Shown piece after piece: positions 19,056-27,896 of a stretch of 64,000 bases of DNA. The position numbers were made by a program, and so were the translations under genes. Each line of letters starts with the position of its first letter. The stretch's first letter is position 1. The notes below the pieces were generated by a model. That model was not told the DNA's origin and searched no databases. It saw nothing but the letters and a program-made list of their open reading frames with translations. Source of the stretch: an uncultured Chloroflexia bacterium (GTDB taxonomy: Bacteria > Chloroflexota > Limnocylindria > Limnocylindrales > CSP1-4). The stretch covers positions 448,001 through 512,000 of the forward strand of contig CAWEZH010000003.1 in assembly GCA_963813535.1 (NCBI GenBank), in the 5' to 3' direction.

Positions 19056-20051
19056 CTAATTCGGCGTCAGCCAGACCGGGTAGTCGCGGATGTCCTCGGG
19101 GCTGCCGTCGACGGCCGATCCGAAGTACACGCGGAGCGTGCCCCACTGCGCCTTCGGGACGTCGTACTGCAACGTGACATCGAACGTGCCACGGCAACCG
19201 GTCCCGCACGTGGCCATCGTCATCTTGTCGACGAGGACCTTGCGCGCGCCGTCCAACAGCGCGACCCGGAATGTCGCCTCGAAGACGTTTGCCGTGCCGG
19301 TCACCCGGGCGGGGTTGTTGGCCGCGGCACCGAACGCCGGCCGGTCCACGAAGATCGACGGCATCAGGTCGTCGAAGTCCCTCCGCGCCTGCGGGCCGTC
19401 GAGCACGATGCCCTCGGAGCCGAACGTCGTGACCGTCCGACCCTCGACCTTGAACAGGACGGCTCGCACCGTCGGGAACTGGGTCAGCGTGAACACGACC
19501 TGCCCGAGGCGATACATCCCGGACGCGCTGCCGCCACCCGATTCGAACTGGCTCGACAGGTCGACGGTCGCGACGCCGTCCTTGATCGACAGCCCCAGCA
19601 CCCTCGTCCCGACAGGGATCGCGCTCGAGAGCTGCGAGTAGTCGTCGAGGGTCGACCTCGGGTCGAGCAGGGCGGTCATCGCCGCGCGCGCGACCCCGGC
19701 CGACTTGGGGACCGTGCGAAGCGTGGGCACGAGTCCTTCGACGCCGGGGGCGCCGTCGAGCACGTAGTAGGCGCGCACGACCATCGTCTCGACCGGGGTC
19801 GACGGCGAGGGTGTGGCGCTCGGTGGGGTCGATGGCGGGGTCGACGCCGGCTTCGATGGCGACGCCGACGGCGAACCAGAGGGCGACGGCGGGATCGACG
19901 GGGTGGCATCGGACGGGCCCGGATCGATCGACGGCGCCGCGGTCGGTGGCACGCTCGGCACCTGTCCGAGTCCACCCGACGACGTGCAGGCAGCGGAGGC
20001 GATGAGGAGACCGGCGAGGGCCGGGATGAGGAAACAGTGACGGTCGGCCAT
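19056..20051 (-). CDS. Lipoprotein with GerMN and Gmad2 Ig-like domains
   Basis: Lipobox SAAC; Pro/Ser linker; VATVDLS, QVVFTLTQFPTV (GerMN); GTANVFEAT, TCGTGCRGTF (Gmad2). Confidence 0.85.
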   Translation of the reverse strand: MADRHCFLIPALAGLLIASAACTSSGGLGQVPSVPPTAAPSIDPGPSDATPSIPPSPSGSPSASPSKPASTPPSTPPSATPSPSTPVETMVVRAYYVLDGAPGVEGLVPTLRTVPKSAGVARAAMTALLDPRSTLDDYSQLSSAIPVGTRVLGLSIKDGVATVDLSSQFESGGGSASGMYRLGQVVFTLTQFPTVRAVLFKVEGRTVTTFGSEGIVLDGPQARRDFDDLMPSIFVDRPAFGAAANNPARVTGTANVFEATFRVALLDGARKVLVDKMTMATCGTGCRGTFDVTLQYDVPKAQWGTLRVYFGSAVDGSPEDIRDYPVWLTPN

Positions 20052-20099
20052 GATCGGATGGGCTCCTGGTGCGGTGCTCAGGTACCGAGCCTCGCCGAC

Positions 20100-21533
20100 C
20101 TACGTCGCAGCCACGTCTCTCGCACGTAACGATCCGGCAACGTCCTTGGGCAGGACGAGCTCGAGCCTGAGTCCGCCGCCCTCGCGGTTCATGGCCTGGA
20201 GGTAGCCGCCCATCAGCGCCGCATGCTCGGCGGCGATCGCGAGCCCGAGCCCGGAGCTGCCACCCGACCTCGACGGGTCCACCTTGGTGAAACGGTCGAA
20301 GATCATCTCGAGTCGATCCTCCGGTACGCCCGGACCGCGATCCGACACGGCGACCACAACCTCGTCGCCCCGGTCGTCGAGCTCGATCTCGACCTCGGCA
20401 TCCGCGGCATGCTCGCGCGCGTTATCGAGGAAGTTGCCGAGGATCCGCTCGAAGCGGCGCTGATCGACCTCGATCATCACGGGCTTCGGCGGAGCGACGA
20501 AGCGCGCATTCGGTGAACGGGCGGCACGGATCGTCTCGATGAGCCTCGCGAGGTGCACGCGCTCGAGTGCGACTTCCTCGGCGTCGGCATCGAAGCGGGA
20601 CAGCTCCATGAGCTCCTCGACGAGGTTCCGCAAGCGCGCGACATCGTTCACCAGCAGCTCGGCCGCGCGGCGCGTCTCGGGCGGCATCTCGTCGAGGTGC
20701 TCGCGGACGATCGAGGCTTCCGCGACCAGCGCCGTGACCGGGGTCCGCAGCTCGTGTGCCACGTCGGCCACGAACCGTCGGTTCTGGTGCTGGGAGACCT
20801 CCAGGCGCCGGATCGACTCCGCGAGCGTGTCGGTCATCCGGTTGAACCGATCCGCCCACGTCCCGAACTCGTCGTGCGACGTCACCGGGACGCGCGCGAG
20901 GAGGTCGCCGCGCTCGATCCGCTCGGCGGTGTGACCGGCCTCCTCGATCGGCGCGAGGATGCCGCGCGCGACGACTCGCGCCGTCAGCAACGCCAGGACC
21001 ACCAGCAGGACCGTGCCCACGAGGAGCACGCCGCGGAGCTGACCCACCGCGCCAGCGATGTCCGACACGTCGCGGACGAAGTACACCGCCAGACCGCCAC
21101 CCGGCGCCAGCCCGCCGACCACGAGCGATGGCTTGCCGGCGACGTCCAGCCAGGCGTAGGCGAGCTCGCCACGACCGACCCGCTGCGGGACGTCGGGCGG
21201 CAGCCGCGAGAGGAGATCGCCCAGGGTGTCGCTCGATTTGACACTCTCGCCGTCACCCAGGTCGATGACGGAGCCGACGTCGCGTTGGCGGAACGTATCG
21301 GTGAGGCCGCTCCGAACGATGTCATCGACGCTCGGCTCGTCCGGTAGCTGGCGGCCAGGGACGGTGACCGTGAGATCGAACGTCGCCTGCGCCGCGGCGT
21401 CCTGGAGCGCCTGTTGATGGAGGCGGGCATCGACGAACACGGACGCGCCGACCCCGAGCACCACCGCGGTGACCGCCACGAGGAGGACCAGCGCGCCGGC
21501 CAGTCGAGCCCGGACACCTCTCGGCCAGCGCAT
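20100..21533 (-). CDS. HAMP-domain sensor histidine kinase (MtrB-like)
   Basis: FVADVAHELRTP, NFLDNA, DRGPG, GLGLAIA. Confidence 0.92.
   Translation of the reverse strand: MRWPRGVRARLAGALVLLVAVTAVVLGVGASVFVDARLHQQALQDAAAQATFDLTVTVPGRQLPDEPSVDDIVRSGLTDTFRQRDVGSVIDLGDGESVKSSDTLGDLLSRLPPDVPQRVGRGELAYAWLDVAGKPSLVVGGLAPGGGLAVYFVRDVSDIAGAVGQLRGVLLVGTVLLVVLALLTARVVARGILAPIEEAGHTAERIERGDLLARVPVTSHDEFGTWADRFNRMTDTLAESIRRLEVSQHQNRRFVADVAHELRTPVTALVAEASIVREHLDEMPPETRRAAELLVNDVARLRNLVEELMELSRFDADAEEVALERVHLARLIETIRAARSPNARFVAPPKPVMIEVDQRRFERILGNFLDNAREHAADAEVEIELDDRGDEVVVAVSDRGPGVPEDRLEMIFDRFTKVDPSRSGGSSGLGLAIAAEHAALMGGYLQAMNREGGGLRLELVLPKDVAGSLRARDVAAT
20104..20141 (-). promoter_or_regulatory. Four pentamer direct repeats at 11-bp pitch (OmpR/MtrA/GlnR-type box)
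   Basis: Minus strand GTTGC-N6-GTTAC-N6-GAGAC-N6-GCGAC, just upstream of the GerMN lipoprotein. Confidence 0.55.
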
Positions 21534-21542
21534 CGCGTCTGC

Positions 21543-22238
21543 CTAGCGGGCGGCTTTGTAGCCCGCGCCGCGGACCGTGAGGATGAGCTCGGGCGAGCCC
21601 GGATCGGCCTCGATCTTGGCGCGCAACCGGCCGACCGCCACGTCGACAAGGCGTAAATCGCCGAGGTAGTCGTAGCCCCAGATGCGATCCAGCAGCGTGT
21701 CACGAGCGAGGACCTGGCCGGGGTGGCGGGCAAGGTCGACGAGCAGGTCGAATTCGGTCCGGGTCAAGGGGATGTCCTCGGCCGTACCGGCGCGGGTCAC
21801 GCTCCGGCCGGCGACATCGATCACCAGGTCGCCGAGTCTGAGTGGCGGCGCATCGCCTTCCCCGTCCTCGCGTCGGGCGCCGCGCCGCAACGCCGCCCGG
21901 ACGCGGGCCACGAGCTCGGGCACCTCGAACGGTTTGCGGACATAGTCGTCGGCACCGGCCTCCAGACCGACCACGACATCGATCGTGTCTGCCCGGGCGG
22001 TGAGCATGACGATCGGGATCGTGGAACTGCGACGGATCTCGCGGGCGACCTCGAGGCCGTCCATCCGCGGCAGCATCACGTCGAGCAGGACGAGGTCGAA
22101 CTCCGCGGCGGCGAACCGGTCGAGTCCGGCCCGACCGTCGTCCGCCGTGTCGACGGTGAAGCCGGCATGGCGCAGGCCGATCGCGGTCACCTCCCGGATC
22201 GACGGGTCGTCCTCGACGAGCAGGATCCTGGCGTCCAC
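21543..22238 (-). CDS. OmpR-family response regulator (MtrA-like)
   Basis: LLDVMLP, GADDYVRKPF, LTRTEFDLL, TVRGAGY. Confidence 0.93.
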   Translation of the reverse strand: MDARILLVEDDPSIREVTAIGLRHAGFTVDTADDGRAGLDRFAAAEFDLVLLDVMLPRMDGLEVAREIRRSSTIPIVMLTARADTIDVVVGLEAGADDYVRKPFEVPELVARVRAALRRGARREDGEGDAPPLRLGDLVIDVAGRSVTRAGTAEDIPLTRTEFDLLVDLARHPGQVLARDTLLDRIWGYDYLGDLRLVDVAVGRLRAKIEADPGSPELILTVRGAGYKAAR

Positions 22239-22253
22239 GCCGCGGAGTATGCC

Positions 22254-23462
22254 TCAGGCCCCGGCCGTCTCCGCATGGTCCGTTCGGATCGGGAGTGTCG
22301 CCAATGCGGCCGCCAGGAATGACGCAGCCATCAGCCCGAACACGACCGGGACACCCTGCTCTTCACCGAGTGTCTCGATGACGACGCCATACAGTGCCGT
22401 CCACAGCGAGCCGACGCCGAACGCGAGGGTGAAGTACAGCGCGTACGACGCGTCCCGCGTGGCCGGCGGAGCGATGTCCGCGAGAAGCGCCTGGAGTTGG
22501 GGCGACTCCGCGAACGAGAACAGGCCCATGATCACGATCCCCGCCCACAGCCAGGTGAGCGACGACCCACCGAGGACGAAGACACCGAAGCCGATCGCCC
22601 CGCCGACATAGGCGAGGATGATCAGCGGCTTGCGCCCGAACCGGTCCGACAGCCACCCGGCGAGCAGCGGCATCGGCACGCTGAACACGATCAACGCCCC
22701 GTACATCAAGCCTGACGTGGCGGCATCGAGGCCGATCACCCGGGTCAGGTAGATCAGCGCGAACAGGTTCACGACGCCGAGCCCGCGGCCGCCACCGCCG
22801 AGGACCGAGGTCAGGAACACCCAGCGCAGGTCGCGGTCGGCCACGACCCGCCGAAGCGCGTCGATGCTGCTGCCACCGGCCCGAGCAGCTGCCCGGTCCG
22901 TGCCGTGCTCTCGGACCAGCGCCAGGATCCCGAGCGCGATTGCGACCGCCGCCGCGCCGAACACGACCGACACCCCGCGCCAGCCGATCAGCGCGATCAG
23001 CGGCGTGCCGACGACCGCCACGACCACCGTCCCGACGTTGCCGCCCGCGATGTGGGCGCTGATCGCGAAACCGCGTCGCTCCGGCGGGTACTGCTCGGCC
23101 AGCAAGCCGTTGCCGACCGGATGCTGCGGCGATCCGCCGATGCGAGCGGCGATGTTCGGGATCGCGAACGTCACGAAGTTCGTCGCGAGCGACATCACGG
23201 CGAACCCGCCACCGAACAGGATCCCACCAAGGCCCAGCAACCGTCGGCGCGATACGCGGCGGGTCAGCTCTGCGTAGCTGAGCTGGACGAGCCCCGAGGC
23301 CATCGAACCGGCCGCGGCAAGGAACGCCACCGACTGCACGGTCACGCCGAACTCGTCGATGATCGCGAGGAAGATCAGCGGCAACAGGACGGCGAACGCG
23401 TGGTTGACGGCGTGCGCGACCGACAGCAGGCCGAGCGATCGACCCGGCCGCACGTCCATCAC
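22254..23462 (-). CDS. MFS transporter
   Basis: ~12 TM; GWLSDRFGRK motif; HAVNH N-terminus (FSR-like). Confidence 0.88.
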   Translation of the reverse strand: MMDVRPGRSLGLLSVAHAVNHAFAVLLPLIFLAIIDEFGVTVQSVAFLAAAGSMASGLVQLSYAELTRRVSRRRLLGLGGILFGGGFAVMSLATNFVTFAIPNIAARIGGSPQHPVGNGLLAEQYPPERRGFAISAHIAGGNVGTVVVAVVGTPLIALIGWRGVSVVFGAAAVAIALGILALVREHGTDRAAARAGGSSIDALRRVVADRDLRWVFLTSVLGGGGRGLGVVNLFALIYLTRVIGLDAATSGLMYGALIVFSVPMPLLAGWLSDRFGRKPLIILAYVGGAIGFGVFVLGGSSLTWLWAGIVIMGLFSFAESPQLQALLADIAPPATRDASYALYFTLAFGVGSLWTALYGVVIETLGEEQGVPVVFGLMAASFLAAALATLPIRTDHAETAGA

Positions 23463-23501
23463 GTCGCCATGATGCCGGAAGCGTGCCGCGCCCTCGGCTC
23501 C

Positions 23502-24518
23502 TTAGCGCAGGTCCAGCACCTCGACGATCGCACTGACGGTCAGACCGGGCCTCGGGCCACCGAGCAGCACGTAGGCCTTGTCCCCGAGGGCCGCAGCGCC
23601 CAGGCCGTGTCGTGGCGCGGTCAACCCGGGAAGGGTCGTCGTCCCGGTCGCCCCGACGCACTCGACGTCGGCGAACGTCCCGTTCGGCCCTTCGCCGCCG
23701 ACGACGCAGTCCCCGAGGGCGCCTGCGGCGAACGCCGCAACACCACCCCGCGGCGTGGGCAGGTCCGGCCCGCGAGCGACATCGCCAGCCTCGGACACGA
23801 CATCCACGGTTCCCAGGTTGCCACTCGCATCGCGGCCGGCCAGGAATGCGACGGACCCGACCCCGGACGATGATGCCGCGAGATGCTCCCGCGGTCGGCT
23901 GAGGGATGCCAGGGGTCGCCACTCGCCGCTGTCGAGGATGAAGACGTCGGCCGAGACGCCGGACGGACTCACCCCACCGCCGTAGAGGATCGACGCTCGA
24001 CCGTCCCACGCCGCCGCCCCGGCAGCGCGGGCCTCTGGCAGTGGCTCGGCGCGGGACCAGACGCCCGCATCCGCATCGTCGAGTCGCCAGACCGCGACCG
24101 TCGGGCGGTCGAAGCCGTCGCCCGTGTATCCGCCGATGAGGAACAGGGACTCGCCATCCGACACGAGCGCCGAGTGGTGGACCGGCTCGGGCAACGGTGG
24201 CCACGACGCCCACGCGTCCCCGACCGGGTCGTACACCAGGAGGTGGCTGACCGCGCGACCTCCGTCGTCGAGCCCGCCCGCCACCCAGATGCGACCCTGA
24301 TGCGCCGCCGCGGCCACCTCCGTCAGCGCGATGGGTGCAGCGCCGGCGCGCACCCAGCCTGTCTCGCCGGGTGCTGCCGTCCGCCCCGGGTGATCCTGGA
24401 AGATCCCGAGACGGCGCGGGTCGGTCGCGATGACGAGTGCCAGCAGGCCGATCGCCAGGACGACGCCCAGCAATAGCAGCGCGCGCAGTCGAGTGGGGCC
24501 GCCCCGACGCGCGGTCAC
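23502..24518 (-). CDS. Kelch-repeat beta-propeller protein, membrane-anchored/secreted
   Basis: Repeated hydrophobic-GG units (IWVAGG, LFLIGG, ILYGGG, VVGG, VLLGG); N-terminal TM. Confidence 0.85.
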   Translation of the reverse strand: MTARRGGPTRLRALLLLGVVLAIGLLALVIATDPRRLGIFQDHPGRTAAPGETGWVRAGAAPIALTEVAAAAHQGRIWVAGGLDDGGRAVSHLLVYDPVGDAWASWPPLPEPVHHSALVSDGESLFLIGGYTGDGFDRPTVAVWRLDDADAGVWSRAEPLPEARAAGAAAWDGRASILYGGGVSPSGVSADVFILDSGEWRPLASLSRPREHLAASSSGVGSVAFLAGRDASGNLGTVDVVSEAGDVARGPDLPTPRGGVAAFAAGALGDCVVGGEGPNGTFADVECVGATGTTTLPGLTAPRHGLGAAALGDKAYVLLGGPRPGLTVSAIVEVLDLR

Positions 24519-24561
24519 TCGCGATCGCCGCCCGCGCGGCGCGGTCTCGAGAAGGACCGGG

Positions 24562-24813
24562 TCAGTGCTTCTTGGGCCGCTCGTACAGCTCCGCGCGCGG
24601 GTCGGTCGCGTGTCGCCCGTGGCCGGCCTCGGGCGTCTTCTTCGGGAGCACGTACAGGATCATCAGGGCGATCGGGCCGAGGATGATCCCGAGGATGGCC
24701 CAGGTCACCGCGCTCCGGCCGAAGCCGGGCGCCATGCGGTACGCATAGATGGCGCACACCACCCAGACGACCGCACCGAGTATGAACAGCCCGGTGCCGA
24801 GCAGCGGATCCAT
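24562..24813 (-). CDS. Small membrane protein
   Basis: 2 TM; GRSAVTWAILGIILGP pattern. Confidence 0.65.
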   Translation of the reverse strand: MDPLLGTGLFILGAVVWVVCAIYAYRMAPGFGRSAVTWAILGIILGPIALMILYVLPKKTPEAGHGRHATDPRAELYERPKKH

Positions 24814-24828
24814 GGCGGTGGCCTCTAG

Positions 24829-26202
24829 CTAGAACTCGTCGAGGTAGCGGTCGACTTCCCAGTCGGACACCTGCGTACGGTACTCGTCCCACTCGGAGCG
24901 CTTCGCGTCGACATAGTGGTTGAAGATGTGGTCGCCGAGGGCCTCGCGGATCACCTCGTCGCGCTCGAGCTCGTCGAGCGCCTCGCCCAACGTCCCGGGC
25001 AGCTCGAGGATGCCCTTCTCGGCGATGCGAGCGGCATCCATCTCGAAGAGCGACTCCTCTACTGGCTCGGCCAGGGTCATGCCCTTCTCGACCCCGTCGA
25101 GGCCGGCCGCGATCATCGCGGCGAACGCGAGATACGTGTTCGAGGAGGGGTCCGGGCAGCGCACTTCGGCACGCGTGCCCTCGACGGACTTGCCCGGCGA
25201 CACCATCGGGACGCGGATCAGCGCCGAGCGGTTCGTCCGCCCCCAGGTCAGATAGGTCGGCGCCTCGTACCCGGGCACGAGCCGCTTGTACGAGTTCACC
25301 AGCGGCGCCAGGACCGCGATCATGCCGCGGGCATGCGCCAGGATGCCGGCCATGTATGAGCGGGCCACGTCCGACAGCCCGTAGGGATTGGCCGGGTCTG
25401 CGAAGGCATTCCGGTTTTCGGCGATCGAGTACAGCGACTGGTGGGTGTGCATCCCCGAGCCGTTGATCCCGTGGATCGGCTTGGGCATGAACGTGGCGTA
25501 CAACCCGTGCTGCTGGGCGATGGCCTTCAGCGCGAACTTGAACGTGATGGCGTTGTCAGCCGTCCGGAGCGCGTCCGAGTACTCGAAGTCGATCTCGTGC
25601 TGGCCGACCGCGACCTCGTGGTGGGCGGCCTCGACCCGGATGCCGAACGCCTCGAGCGCGTCGACCATGTCCTGCCGGATCTCCTGGGCGAGGTCGGTCG
25701 AGAAGTCGAAGTAGCCCGCCTGGTCGTGGGGCAGCGGCTCGATCGCCCCGTCCTCGCCGCGGCGGAACAGGAAGAACTCCAGCTCGGGACCGGTATTCAC
25801 GACATACCCGAGCTTCTGCGCCCGCTCGACCTGGCGACGCAGGACACGGCGCGGGTCGCCGACGAATGCCTCACCGTTGGGCGTGAAGACGTCGCAGATG
25901 ACGCGGGCTGTGCCGCGCGGTCCCGAGCCCGGCTGCCACGGGATCTCCGCGAAGGTGTCCATGTCCGGCATCAGGTACTGGTCCGACTCGGCGATCCGGG
26001 TGAACCCCTCGATCGACGAACCGTCGAACCACGTGCCGTGCTTGACCGAGCCCTCGAGCTGATGGACCGGGATCGTGACGGCCTTGACGTGGCCGATGAT
26101 GTCGGTGAACTGGAGCTGGATGAAGCGGATACCGCTGGACTTGGCGGCCTGGATCTTGGCGGTCGCGTCGGGGGCGGACTCGGGTCGGGTAGCGACGGTC
26201 AA
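24829..26202 (-). CDS. glnA: Glutamine synthetase type I (GSI-alpha-like)
   Basis: FDGSSIEGF, HHEVAVGQHE, FMPKP, NGSGMH, PGYEAP, NRSALIR; TTG start after AGGAGG. Confidence 0.9.
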   Translation of the reverse strand: MTVATRPESAPDATAKIQAAKSSGIRFIQLQFTDIIGHVKAVTIPVHQLEGSVKHGTWFDGSSIEGFTRIAESDQYLMPDMDTFAEIPWQPGSGPRGTARVICDVFTPNGEAFVGDPRRVLRRQVERAQKLGYVVNTGPELEFFLFRRGEDGAIEPLPHDQAGYFDFSTDLAQEIRQDMVDALEAFGIRVEAAHHEVAVGQHEIDFEYSDALRTADNAITFKFALKAIAQQHGLYATFMPKPIHGINGSGMHTHQSLYSIAENRNAFADPANPYGLSDVARSYMAGILAHARGMIAVLAPLVNSYKRLVPGYEAPTYLTWGRTNRSALIRVPMVSPGKSVEGTRAEVRCPDPSSNTYLAFAAMIAAGLDGVEKGMTLAEPVEESLFEMDAARIAEKGILELPGTLGEALDELERDEVIREALGDHIFNHYVDAKRSEWDEYRTQVSDWEVDRYLDEF

Positions 26203-26302
26203 CGGAACCTCCTGAACGATGGGCCGGGACGGGCGGGGTGAGGCAAGGATACGCCCGGTCGCCGTGGCGACCGGGCGCGGAGCACCGGGGTCTTGGCTTG
26301 GA

Positions 26303-27760
26303 TCACATCTCGCTGTAGAGGTAGAACTCGTAGGGGTGCGGCCGCAGCTGGACTTCCTTGGCGCCGGCCCGCTTGAAATCGAGCCACGCCTCGACGACGT
26401 CCGGCGTGAAGACATCACCGCGGTACAGGAACTCCTGGTCGGCCTCGAGGGCGTCGAGCGCCTCCTCGAGCGAGCCGGGGGTACCGTCGATGCCGGCCTT
26501 CTCCTCAGCGCTCATCTCGTAGATGTCGCGATCGATCGGGGCGGGCGGCTCGATCTTGTTGATGACGCCGTCGAGCCCCGCCAGCAACTGGGCGCTGAAC
26601 GACAGGTACGGGTTGCAGGTCGGATCGGGCGACCGGAACTCGAGCCGGCGAGCGCCGGGCGTCGTGAAGTAGGTCGGGATGCGGATGCAGGCCGAACGGT
26701 TGCGCTGCGAATAGACCAGGTTGATCGGCGCCTCGTAGCCCGGCACCAGCCGGCGATACGAGTTGGTCGTCGGCGCGGCGAATGCGAGCACCGCCTTGGC
26801 GTGCTTCAGCAGACCGCCGATGTACCAGCGCGCCGTGTCCGACAGGAGCGCGTAACCCTTCTCGTCATAGAAGAGATTCGTGCCGTCCTTCCACAGGCTC
26901 TGGTGGGTGTGCATGCCCGACCCATTGTCCCCGAAGACCGGCTTCGGCATGAACGTCGCGACCTTGCCGGCCGACCGGGCGACCTGCTTGACCAGGTACT
27001 TGTAGCGAAGGACCTTGTCCGCGGTCTCGACCAGCGTCCCGTAGTGGATATCGATCTCGGCCTGGCCCGGGCCACCGACCTCGTGGTGCTGGACCTCGAC
27101 GTCGATGCCGGACGCCTGGAGCGCAAGGACCATCTGGCTGCGCAGGTCTTGGAGCGTGTCCATCGGCGGGACCGGGAAGTAGCCCTCCTTGGGCCGCGGG
27201 CGGTGGGCGAGGTTGGGCGTCCCGTTGCGGCCCGAATTCCAGGCACCCTCGTCCGAGTCGATCTCGTACATGGACTTGTGGCCGAACGTCTCGAATCGGA
27301 GGGAGTCGAAGATGTAGAACTCCAGCTCGGGGCCCCAGAACGAGGTCGTCGCGATACCGCTCTCGGTCAGGTAGCGCTCCGCTTTGCGCGCGATGTAGCG
27401 CGGGTCCCGGCTGTAGGGCTCACGGCTCCCGGGCTCCACGACGTCGCAGGTCAGGATCAGGGTCGTGATGTCAAGGCTCGGATCGACGTACGCCGTGGTC
27501 GGGTCCGGCATCAGCAGCATGTCCGACTCGTGGATGTGCTGGAAGCCGCGGATGCTCGAGCCGTCGAACCCGATCCCGTCGATGAAGAGGTCCTCACCGA
27601 GCTCCTTGACCGGGATGCTGAAGTGCTGCGACTGGCCGGGTAGATCGACGAAGCGCAGGTCGACCATCAGGACGCCGGCCTCGCGGGCGAGCGACATGAC
27701 GTCGGCGACGGTCGTAGTGGAAGTGGCGACGCCGCTAGGGATCCGCTCGAGGGTCGTCAT
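26303..27760 (-). CDS. glnA: Glutamine synthetase type I (GSI-beta, adenylylation Tyr present)
   Basis: FDGSSIRGF, KEGYFPVPP, GDNGSGMH, RNRSACIRIP, DRDIYEM; ATG after GGAGG. Confidence 0.95.
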   Translation of the reverse strand: MTTLERIPSGVATSTTTVADVMSLAREAGVLMVDLRFVDLPGQSQHFSIPVKELGEDLFIDGIGFDGSSIRGFQHIHESDMLLMPDPTTAYVDPSLDITTLILTCDVVEPGSREPYSRDPRYIARKAERYLTESGIATTSFWGPELEFYIFDSLRFETFGHKSMYEIDSDEGAWNSGRNGTPNLAHRPRPKEGYFPVPPMDTLQDLRSQMVLALQASGIDVEVQHHEVGGPGQAEIDIHYGTLVETADKVLRYKYLVKQVARSAGKVATFMPKPVFGDNGSGMHTHQSLWKDGTNLFYDEKGYALLSDTARWYIGGLLKHAKAVLAFAAPTTNSYRRLVPGYEAPINLVYSQRNRSACIRIPTYFTTPGARRLEFRSPDPTCNPYLSFSAQLLAGLDGVINKIEPPAPIDRDIYEMSAEEKAGIDGTPGSLEEALDALEADQEFLYRGDVFTPDVVEAWLDFKRAGAKEVQLRPHPYEFYLYSEM

Positions 27761-27784
27761 CGCGATGGTGGTCCTCCGTCCGCT

Positions 27785-27896
27785 TTGTGCATCCCGCACG
27801 AAACAGCGGGCATACACCTCGGGAGGACACGGTATCAGGCAACCGGGTTGCAATTCAGTACCGGCGCTGGTGCAACTTCTTGTGCATTTTGCATGA
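27785..27896. promoter_or_regulatory. Two 17-bp TTGTGC-N5-GCAYGA pseudo-palindromes (PucR/CdaR-type operators) around glnA promoter
   Basis: ttgtgcatcccgcacga 27785-27801; ttgtgcattttgcatga 27880-27896; minus-strand TGATACCGT -10-like at 27837-27829. Confidence 0.45.
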
